From positions 62,001 to 110,729 of the forward strand of contig JADIIX010000072.1 in NCBI GenBank assembly GCA_027604505.1: a stretch of 48,729 bases of DNA, in the 5' to 3' direction. The notes under the pieces are model-generated. The model was not told the origin of the DNA, did no database searches, and saw only the letters and a program-made list of their open reading frames with translations. Source of the DNA: Gonapodya sp. JEL0774. Taxonomy: Eukaryota. This document shows, piece by piece, positions 24,357-33,795 of the stretch; position 1 is the first letter of the stretch, and every line of letters starts with the position of its first letter. A program made the position numbers and the translations under genes.

Positions 24357-25463
24357 CTATTTGAGTAGCTCCTTCTTGTAAGCTATTTCTGCGTTCATCA
24401 AACTGCTACCCGCTGCTCCAAGAATGGTGTTGTGCGACAGCAAGCTAAACCGGATGTCCAAAATATTGTCCTTCCTTATTCTCCCCACCGTCACTGTGTT
24501 CCCCTTGCCCCTCTCCCTGTCGAGTCTGGGCTGAGGTCTGTCCTCCTCGAAGGTAACTTCAATTGGTTGCGCAGGGGCTGATGGCACGCCAAGCTCTGTT
24601 GCTTCACATTTGAACTCCGAAAGAACACGGGCAACCTCCTCGATTGAAGGTGCCGGCCGCTTCACAAACGACAATGATACATTTTCTAGATGACCGTCGA
24701 CGACGTTGACACGATTGCACGACGCCGAAATTTTGGTGCTCGTAAAAACATGAGCCGACTTGTCTGACGAAAGCGAACCGAGTATTTTGCATGGCTCTAT
24801 CTCAAGTTTTTCCTCTTCGCCGGAGATGTAGGGAACAACGTTGTCGCAAATATCGAGGGATGCGATACCAGGGTACCCAGCGCCCGAAATGGCTTGGAGA
24901 GTGTGGACAAACATCTTGTCGATTGGGCCAAAAGCATCTTGGAGAGCTTTGAGGGGGACAACTAGACCAGTGGTAGAGCAGTTGGCGTTTGTCACGATGA
25001 AACCACTGCCGAGATTGCGTGTGGCCCTTTGGTGGGCGATGATGTCAAAGTGGTCGGGGTTGACGGTGGGCACGATGAGAGGGACATCGGGCTCCATCCG
25101 GTAGTTTCTGGCGTTGGAGAAGACGCAGAAACCGGCTGTGAAGAACGCCTTTTCGATTTCACCCGCAACGCCAGAGTCGAGGCCAGAGAAGATGACTCGA
25201 CATCCAGCGAAGTGCTTGGGGTCACACGGAGTGACGTGCATGGCAGCAACGTCAGCGGGGATGTGGGTGGTCATCTTCCATCGGCGGCGAACGGCATCCT
25301 TGTAAGATTTTCCTGCCGAGCTCTCCGACGCACCGAGGCCGCCAACTGTGAAGTAGGGGTGACCTTCGAGGAGCTGGATGAAACGCTGACCGACCGTGCC
25401 TGTAGCACCCAAAATGCCGACGCGAAGTTTCTCTGCCTGATGGTTGTTTCCGATGGCTGCCAT
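24357..25463 (-). CDS. HOM2: Aspartate-semialdehyde dehydrogenase, fungal/archaeal type, intronless
   Basis: Single 368-aa ORF. Motifs: GILGATGTVGQRF, FSGLD, SNARNYRMEPDVPLIVPTVN, NANCSTTG (catalytic Cys), LQAISGAG, DNVVPYISGEEEKLE, CNRV..VDGH, DRPQPRLDR, HNTILGAAG. Confidence 0.97.
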   Translation of the reverse strand: MAAIGNNHQAEKLRVGILGATGTVGQRFIQLLEGHPYFTVGGLGASESSAGKSYKDAVRRRWKMTTHIPADVAAMHVTPCDPKHFAGCRVIFSGLDSGVAGEIEKAFFTAGFCVFSNARNYRMEPDVPLIVPTVNPDHFDIIAHQRATRNLGSGFIVTNANCSTTGLVVPLKALQDAFGPIDKMFVHTLQAISGAGYPGIASLDICDNVVPYISGEEEKLEIEPCKILGSLSSDKSAHVFTSTKISASCNRVNVVDGHLENVSLSFVKRPAPSIEEVARVLSEFKCEATELGVPSAPAQPIEVTFEEDRPQPRLDRERGKGNTVTVGRIRKDNILDIRFSLLSHNTILGAAGSSLMNAEIAYKKELLK

Positions 25464-25701
25464 AGCTCGGAAAATTGGGATGTAAAGGATGGTGTATTTT
25501 TATTTCCCATTCCATGCTGATTCACTGTGCCTCTTACCGTGATCCCTTTGGTCAAAGTCACCACCACAAACCCTTGACCTGCACCAACTACTCGAATAAT
25601 ATCCACGAACACACACCGATCCTTCGACAGGAAGGTCATAGCTCGTAGCTGGTAATCTTGATTGCTCGTAATCTTTGCAGTTCTGCCCACATCGGTGCAG
25701 A

Positions 25702-27979
25702 ATGACCACCGCCCTCTTCGCAACTCCATCCAAACCGGGAGAGGTACGATTCCATATCTATCATCCTAGGACGGTCGATCAATCTTCTGAAACATTCCAC
25801 ACCTGCCCTTTTGGCCTTGGCATGTGTCCAGGTGATACGGGTCATCACCCGTGACAATATACGTAGTCTGCGACCTCACACCGACACCAACAACCGACCT
25901 TCGCCGTACTCGGTAGCCCGCAAACAAGGACCTGTGGTAATGGAAAGAGATGAAGTGCTTCGGATAAAGGTGACGTTGTCGCAACGGATTTTGTGTTTCT
26001 GACCCTGCTGAACGCTGTCCACGTTCTTTTGAATTGAACCCGTGCGGTAATCCCTTGAACCCTCGAATCTGCTGCTACCAAACGTACTCGTACTTCCTTG
26101 GGGTCGTGAATCTTCCTGTGTCTGATCTTCGTGTGTCTGTTGTCCATGTGCAGACGGACTCTATCTTCCTTACACCTACGGAGCAATCAAAAAGGGCTGC
26201 CGAATCACGGGAACACCAGTTTGCTCTTCTTCAAGCCGCGGCGGACCGCAAGGCTCGTATGGAGGAATCCGAGCGGCAGCGAACCACTAACAAAGAGCTG
26301 TCGGACTTGGAGCGGGAGACCCGCGAAAAGAACAATTACCTTCTCGCAAAAGCCCAGATGCAGCTGGACGAGCAGGAAGACGAAATCAAACACATGAATG
26401 AACTGATGCTGTATGCTAAGTGTGTTGCTATCAGAGATGCCCAAGTTGAGGAGAAGGTGAGTCATGCACCCACAATATGCAGGTCCATCGACTGTAGGTT
26501 CCAAACGGGAAGTAGGTGGTAGGACAAATAGAAGCACACTAAGAAAACTACTTAGCTGCTTTCACCACTGAGATCAGTTGCGGAGGGCATTCCTCTCAAA
26601 CTCTATACAATCTCTGTTTAACCACATGTTTTCTGAATTCCACCACCCGTTCCCACGACACCCCAGAAAACTATACATCAAAAACAAAAGGAGGAGCAAG
26701 CAAGGCTAGATTCTGTCATGGAAGCTGAGAGAGTGTCTGACCTCAAGCGTATCGCCGACAATGAGCAAAAACGACAGCAGGGTGAGCCCACCTCACCTCG
26801 TCGCGAACCCAAGATCGATGAACATCATTTCTCTCTTTCATAACATCTTTAATACTTACCGCGGTACATATATATAGTCCTCAAGGAGGGTGCGGACGTC
26901 ATTCGTCGCCAGATTGAAGAACGCCGCGAGTTCGCATTACTCGAGCAGGAACGCAAAGACCAGGAAACGAAGGCTACTTTGCGAGCGATCGCGGAGCGGC
27001 TTGATGACGAAAAAAGACAAAAAGTTGAACGGGCCAAAAAGCAAAAGGAACTGCACAGGGTTGTGGGTGTTGACTCCATTCAAGCTAAACAAAATGAAAC
27101 AGCGTAAGATCTCTGAATCTTGTAACGACACTCCACTATTTTAGATCGCTCGTGCGAATTCGGAGTCTATCGCTCGGAAGAAAGCAGTGAAAGAATCGGC
27201 TCTTGCGGAGGACCGTCGAGTGATGGAGTACCTCCTGGAGAAAGAAAAGAAGGACGCTGAGGCCGAGAAGCTCAAGCAAGAACAAGTGCAGGCAAGGGAG
27301 AAAGACCTTGCGCGGTTGAGAGCCATGCAGCAAAAGGTGAAGCTCCGTTCTCCTTCCTGTGCGCCAAAATCTCACACGCGGCCACTCCGTATTTCCTGGA
27401 GCAGAATGTCGACAAGCAAGCCCAGTCCGATGCCATCCGCGCACAGCGAGCTGACGAAGCGTACGAACGGGACTGGAGGCGGAAACAAAAGGAATCTGCG
27501 GAGAAGGCCGCCAAGATGGAGAAAGAGCTGCGAGAAGAGCGGCTCAAACAGCAAAAGGCAAGAGAGCATGCTATTGCGGTGGAGGTGAGAAATTGAATAT
27601 GTTTTAGACCATGTGAGGGCCAAAGTGTGATAAATGCGCTATTCACTTCGTTTGCCAGGCCTACAAACTGAAAGAAGAGTTTTACGAAAATCTTAAGCGT
27701 CAGAAGGAGGACGAAGAAAAATCCCAAGCCGAACTACAGCGCAAGCAAGCCGCGAATCGTCAATACTCAGTCGAAGTGCAGGCTCAGATTAGTCAGCGGG
27801 AGCACCTCAAGAAAAAGGCTCGGGAAGACTTCTTTAAGGAGGGGGAGAGATTAGCTCGCGAGAGGGAAGAGAAGAGGAAGAAGCTTGAGGCAATCAAAGA
27901 GAGGAAACTGAGCGAGCTCAAGGGTTTGGGCGTGCCTATGAAGTACTACAAGGAGGTAGAAAGAAAGGTAGTTTTTTGA
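25702..27979 (+). CDS. CFAP45: Cilia- and flagella-associated protein 45 (CCDC19), axonemal coiled-coil protein
   Basis: Spliced model: MTTALFATPSKPGE|VIRVITRDNIR, LSDLERETREKNNYLL, EQEDEIKHMNELMLYAKCVAIRDAQVEEK, RLDSVMEAER, EKDLARLRAMQQK, DAIRAQRADEAYERDWRRKQKE, IKERKLSELKGLGVPMKYYKEVERK. These are colinear with the human CFAP45 motifs I recall. Confidence 0.92.
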
Positions 27980-28375
27980 TGGAGCGTTTGAAAGCCCAGG
28001 TTATGGTAAAGCGGGTTGGTGTCTGCTTAATGCTTAATGCGTGGGATGAGAGAGAGTTCGTAGGTGCGACGGTTGAGTAACATTCATGAGTATTGGATGC
28101 GTAATGAACCTTAATGAAGCTTCGGAGAGGACAGCGACAATGTTACAACCATGTCTGAAGAGCGTTCAAATGGTGCAGCGTTCTCGCGCAATAATATATA
28201 CAAAGATATCTCAGACTCTGCGTCTGTAGCGAATCAAGTGTTGCTAAATACCGTCAAGCCAAAAATAATGCAGAGGGGATTGCGGTAGTGGCATCGTGTC
28301 GTTCACCTTTGCAACCCATATTATCTCATATGTTGAGTGCTCACAGTGCTCCCAGGCCATCTCCAACTCCGATTA

Positions 28376-31300
28376 CTAGGAAATGTATCCCTTGTGCTTC
28401 AGCCATCCATGCACGAACCCACTGACACCAAAATACTCTTCTGCAGCATACTTCGTGAACACAGATTGAAACCGCTCGGGCTTACAGAGATGATATAAAA
28501 GGGGTTCGGCGACGGGGAGGATGTCTGCTTCGGAGTAACCGGAGAGGCGGACGTGTTTCGGGGTCTTAACAATGCAATTCCGAAGGATCGATCAATCTAA
28601 CGCACAACATAAGAAGCCAGTGTCTCACTGTCAGTGTACTCACCCAGTCTCCCATCAAGCTCGCCTCCCCCATTATCTTTTTACCCAACCACACCCCTGC
28701 GGCTGCTACCAAACTCGGCCTCCAGCTCAAGAACGCCTCACCCGCCAATGCCGCTTCGGAGAAGTACTTGCCCAGTGTTCTCGTTCGCACATCGTAATCG
28801 TCGGCGCGGTTGATCCGCCTCAAGAATTGTAGAGGTCCTGGAGCGCCCACATTAAATCCGAGCATCGACAGCAAGTATCGTTCAGCCCGAAGGATCTCCT
28901 CTCTGTCGTAGCCATTTTCCACAATGTACACCAAATCATTCACGCTCGGAACCACCACTTCCTCATATTTTGCTGCCACCAATAGTGCCGCCACGCCAAC
29001 AAGCTGAAACTTGGTCTGGCTCACGGCTTTGCACGAGCAGAACCGATCGGCGAGGTTCACCGTCAGATACAAGGTTTCCGGGTGCAGGTGAAATTTTGCA
29101 TGGACTTGTACAAGCCAATCGATAAGAATGGTGCGCATGGACCAGGTCAGTTCAGGTTGAATAGTCATATAATTTGCGTCAGGCATTGTTTGGAGCTGTT
29201 TTTTTTTCAATGAAGTGGTAAAAAATCAGTTTCCCTCCCAGAAGATTTTGCTCTGAGCCTGCCCAGATCGCCACCCACTCACCTCTACATCTCTCAAATA
29301 GGTATCAATTACCTCCGCGTATTCGCTCACCATGCACGGATCCGCATCATACTCGTCCACCTCCAGCACAAGCCCGCTCAACCTCTTCCCCTGCTCCTTC
29401 TCTCGAACTTTGACTCCTCTTCGTGCCCCCCTCTCCATGGCCAGCCCATCGCCATCATAGTCAACCTCCATTCCCGAACGATCCCCTGGCGACGCTACCA
29501 GTGTCGTGCCCGCAACTGTGCATTGACTCGCGTCCGGCGTGCGAGGGATTGTGGGCACTGGGGCAGCCTGTCGGTACGGTACAAAAGAACCACTCGCAGC
29601 TCGAGGAGTCGGAGCGCCGGGACGGGGTGGGGCGGAACGGTGTGGAGAGGCGGAGATTCTTGGTGTGGGATCGTTGGTGGACGTGATCCGAGGACGTGCG
29701 TCCGCTCGCCGTTTCTCGACCGAAGCAGGAGGCACCGGAGCGTGTGGGCGCGCTGGTGGTGGTGACGGGTGCACAGATAATTGCGCCGGCCGTGCCCGAG
29801 TCTTCAACGCCAGCGTGGTCGAAGTGGAGGGTTGTGTCTTCATGTCTCCCACAATCCTCTCAGATCGCCCTGCCAGCGTACTAGAGCTCGCAGTCGTATA
29901 CGAAGATGCGGAAGACGGGGGGCGGTTCTCCTTGTTTGACCTGGTAGCTGCAGACACGAACGTGGATGTGGTGGAAGCGGAAGATGCTGTTCGTGAGGGG
30001 ACTACGTAGGGAGCTGAGGAAGTTAAGGGCGGGCGGGAGATATGAGTGTGTGTGCGAGAGAGCAATGAAGATGCTGTGGAATCTGCGGAAGAGGAGGAGA
30101 GGCGAGATGCGGTGTTGCGGGAGGCGATCGTCGCTTGCGGTCCCATGGCCGTGGTGCGATGAGCTGTTGGACGTGTGGGAGCAGCAGATGATGACGAAAC
30201 TATTGATTTGGGTCGAGATACGGCAGACGTGGCGTTGGACGCCGGATGTCGCCTCGACGTGGTTGATGGAGCAATAGGGGGGCGCGACGTTACCGAGAGT
30301 GATTTAGAGACTGACGTGTGGACAGATGCTGATGATTTTGACTGTGATTTTACAGTCACTACTGTGTCCCCACTTGTCCCCATGCCCGTGCTCGATAAGT
30401 ACACCTGATACTGATACTGGTAGGATCCAGTGGATGTCGCAACAGTGCTCGTGGTTGGAGCAGCTACCCGTGAACCGGCAGACGTTGGAGCAGCGATTGT
30501 CACAGAAGATCGGTAGTGCTGTGGCTCGTAAGTGTTCGCATTGTTTATGGTCGAGGAAGATGATAGGGCCGGCCGGGTTGCTGCAAAATGAGCGGAGGAG
30601 GATACTGCGCGCGTTCCAGCAAAGGTCGTGGATTTAGAGCTCAGCCCAGGGGCGCCAGAGATGGAATAGGACCCGTAGGTACTAGGCGCGTACGTCGTGA
30701 TTCTAGGTGCAGGTACGGGTGGTTGTGCGGGAGGAGGGGAGGCGGATTCCATCTCAACGTCTTCGTCGTGTTGAGATGGGTGGTTGCGGTTGCTGTGGTT
30801 GTTGTCGGTGTGGTGAATGTGGTGAGAGTGGAGATCGTGCGAACGAGGTCGGAGGTCGGGGGCGAAATGTTGGGACGAGGGGACAGACGTGTATTCCTTA
30901 TGGGGAGGGATCGCCTGAGGGTGTTTCGAAGCCGCTGTTGCCGCCGCTGCAGCGAGCGTCGCACGAGTTCCACCGTATTGATAAGCAAATCGAGCAATGT
31001 ACGAAGAGGTGGGGGGCGCCGCAGAGGATGTGGAGGAAGGGTTGGGCCGGGCTGTGAGGGGGACCCGGGGTCTCGTTGCGGCTTGCTGCGCTCTCAACGT
31101 GGATTTGAGAGTAGGTCGAGATGTGGGCTGTTTCGTGAAGGACGGGGTTCAAGGTGAGCGGTGTGGTGTTTCAAATGAGAGTCGGTGGAGCCGGATAGAA
31201 CGGCCATCACACACCCAAACAGCGCCATCATCCTCCCTCGATTCCGAACAAGACAGATGTACACTTAGCTCATGCACGTACTCACCTGTTTCGGCAGCTC

Positions 31301-31582
31301 ATTTCTCGTTGTCTTCTCGCCCAGTTTGGTAGCGGCGTGTCGTTTTTTTGGAGGGCAATTTTCGTCTCCCGCGCCGCCAACATCCGGTCGCTTCAGCGCC
31401 TGGCGAAGTGGCTGCGAGGACGTATAGTGGACTGGGACGGAAGAGAGCGCATTTTGCGTTGCGATATGCTGCGATCCCCCCTGTGTGGTGGGAATTGACA
31501 GGAGGAATGGTCGGTGGACCACAGCAGCACCGCAAGACGACCATCCGCTACTCACCCGCTCTCCAAATGTCCGGCCATACAT
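28376..31582 (-). CDS. B-type (G2/M) cyclin with long disordered N-terminus
   Basis: Exons 31582-31556, 31480-31286, 31127-29283, 29195-28644 and ~28564-28376. Motifs: DPCMVSEYAEVIDTYL, MRTILIDWLVQVHAKFHLHPETLYLTVNLADRF, QLVGVAALLVAAKYEE, AERYLLSMLGF, PLQFLRR, RTLGKYF. D-box RVPLTARPN and a KEN motif. Confidence 0.95.
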
Positions 31583-32135
31583 AATTTCTTCTTCTGTTCT
31601 ATGTGACTTTTGTCGCTGCGTTCCGAGAACCGGCTGCCCAATCGTTCTGCCGGTGCCGAGTGGCCACCGGTTCCGGTGGCCTTGGTGAACAGCTGTAGGG
31701 CGGGCACGCTCGATGGCTGATGGCACCTGCAGATTCGCTAGATGCGAGTACGAATATGGCTGTCCGCGTTTCTGCGGGGGTGCTAGTGGGGGGTTGGTGG
31801 TAATGATGTGGGTGAAACTGGGCCGGCGGAACCCGTTGTTGTGCAGGGGCCGGCAACTGAGCCCGCTGCGTGGAATCATTCACAACCAAAGATCCACTGC
31901 AACAACACTCAGAATCCCAGGCAGCTAGATTGACTATCTAGCTGGAAGCTCGCACATCGGCAATTAACGTCAGGGATACGCCATCACGGTAGATAATCTG
32001 TCTGACTGAATGTATTCCGACGAACCCATAAAACTGTAAAATGCAGCCACCGGACTACGCTGGGTTGCCACAGCCTCTCTTGAGAATTGTCTTTGATTTG
32101 GACGGGTTACCAGTTTGGGGACCAACAGATATACC

Positions 32136-33171
32136 ATGACTGCGAAGACCACAGCGAGAGTGAGTCACGCCAGTCCCAACCAGGCGTAAACGAATTCCTT
32201 CTCACGAACTTTTGGCATAACACTCGAATCTGCTTCAAACCACCACTGATCATGTCCCTCTGCATCCCCACACTTCCATTCCCCGTATCCCGACTCCTTT
32301 TACCACCAGTTTTGGTGAATGTCGCTTTCAGGAAAGTCGTCACTCACGCGAAGCCTTGGCACGATATCATGGGTATTTTCGTACGTGAGTAGGCGTGTGA
32401 CTATTGGTGTGAGGACTGGAAGAGGAGGGAAGGACGGGGAAAAGGAATGATATCTTGGTGGGGTTCACTGGAAGTGCCTGTTTTTTCACATCTCTCCAAC
32501 TTGCCGCGTGGCAACCATGCCGACGTCACAACTCATGACAATATTGTGCAACACCAGATGACCGCACCGAAGAAGCGAAAAGGGTCAGTCTCTTGGCCCT
32601 TCGCATTTCTCGTCGCCACTTTGCACCTTACATGATTCAAAATAATGCCAACGAACCCCCTTTAGGTTCAGTCCCTTCTTACAGCTCACGGTGACAACAT
32701 CAAGACCCGCATAGGGCTGAAATGCCGAGAGTGCGTACCTCATGTTATCTCCTGCTTCAATCGTTCACATACCAAACCAGTTGCCCTGACTGTGGTTTCA
32801 CAGCGGCCATAAATGTGGTCTCATTCTTCTTGAACTCGAAGGTGACAGCGCGGTGAGTACCACGATTCCAGCTACCTCGCCGTGTTCTCAACCGCCAGCC
32901 ATGCTTTCCGATGTTATCCATGACTTTTGGGGTCCGCAAATGCAAAATTGAAACTAGGGTCGGCATAAACTGCAACAGGAGCTGGAACAGCTGTCGGGTG
33001 TGGAGATCAAAAAGGTAAGTGTTGTCTGACTCTTATGATTCGATCATACGGCCCCTCCCATTCTGAACCCCAACCGCCAATTGCGCTTCCGCGATGCTGC
33101 GCCATGCCGTCGTCCCAATCTTCCCACCGTAATAAAACAAGATGGAATTCTTCACTGAACCAAAGTTCTGA
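32136..33171 (+). CDS. Small (~93 aa) ACT/NikR-C-fold protein resembling bacterial TM1266-like (putative [FeFe]-hydrogenase system regulator) proteins; seven micro-exons
   Basis: Exons 32136-32159, 32354-32384, 32558-32583, 32666-32730, 32804-32852, 32958-33014 and 33142-33171, all with GT-AG introns and compatible phases. Product: MTAKTTAR|PWHDIMGIFV|HDRTEEAKR|VQSLLTAHGDNIKTRIGLKCR|DGHKCGLILLELEGDSA|GRHKLQQELEQLSGVEIKK|MEFFTEPKF*. Exon 1 and the first acceptor are the least certain parts. Confidence 0.8.
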
Positions 33172-33795
33172 TCGGGGGTGAACGAGATTGTTTGGTAGGA
33201 ATGAGCTTGCACTGAAACACCTGTTGATCCACGCAGCATTAATAGCATACGATTGTTCTTTCAACCGGCTCACAAGAGCCAAGATGTGACTGAAGAGAAC
33301 TCCGTATTATAAACATACAGTCCGAGTGGGAGATCTTCCTGATACGTCTGAGACCCCGAAATGTTGTCATGACATTTGGCATTGTCCAATTCATTACAAC
33401 GTTGACGAGGTTCCGAGCAGCACGAAAAGTTTATTGAAAGGCTTTTAGCGTACCTTGCCGGGGTTATATCCAGTTGGTTTGTCCCTGGCGCCTGGTGGCA
33501 GAGAAACACGTGAGAGCGACTGTCAAACTCAGACAGTGTCATCATTATTGTATAATTCAGCTGTTTCGGAATCCACCTATATCATCTCCCTCGGGCAAGG
33601 CAAACATCTGTTGCGACACCAGGTTCATGTTTTCCAGCCATTCCATTCATCCACGAACAATAATCACCGAATAGCCATTGTACATTTTGAAGCTGAAGAT
33701 CACTTACCGCGAAGTGGAGTGTGGTATTGCATTGACGGAGGCCAGTGCACAGCTGTCACTCTGTTTTTAACCTCCCTTCAAGATTCAAACATCAC

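Noticed and set aside
25518..25524. TGATTCA upstream of HOM2 as a Gcn4/CPC1 site
   Set aside because: One mismatch to TGACTCA in a single 7-mer is expected by chance, so it cannot be supported from sequence alone.
32041..32139. Short ORF MQPPDYAGLPQPLLRIVFDLDGLPVWGPTDIP, resembling a HAD DxDG motif or an F-box start
   Set aside because: Only 32 codons with no downstream domain. At most it is an upstream ORF overlapping the start of the micro-exon gene.
32757..33545. Minus-strand ORFs in the cyclin-Btz spacer as a transposon relic or pseudogene
   Set aside because: No transposase, RT or terminal-repeat features. The region is better explained by the plus-strand micro-exon gene.
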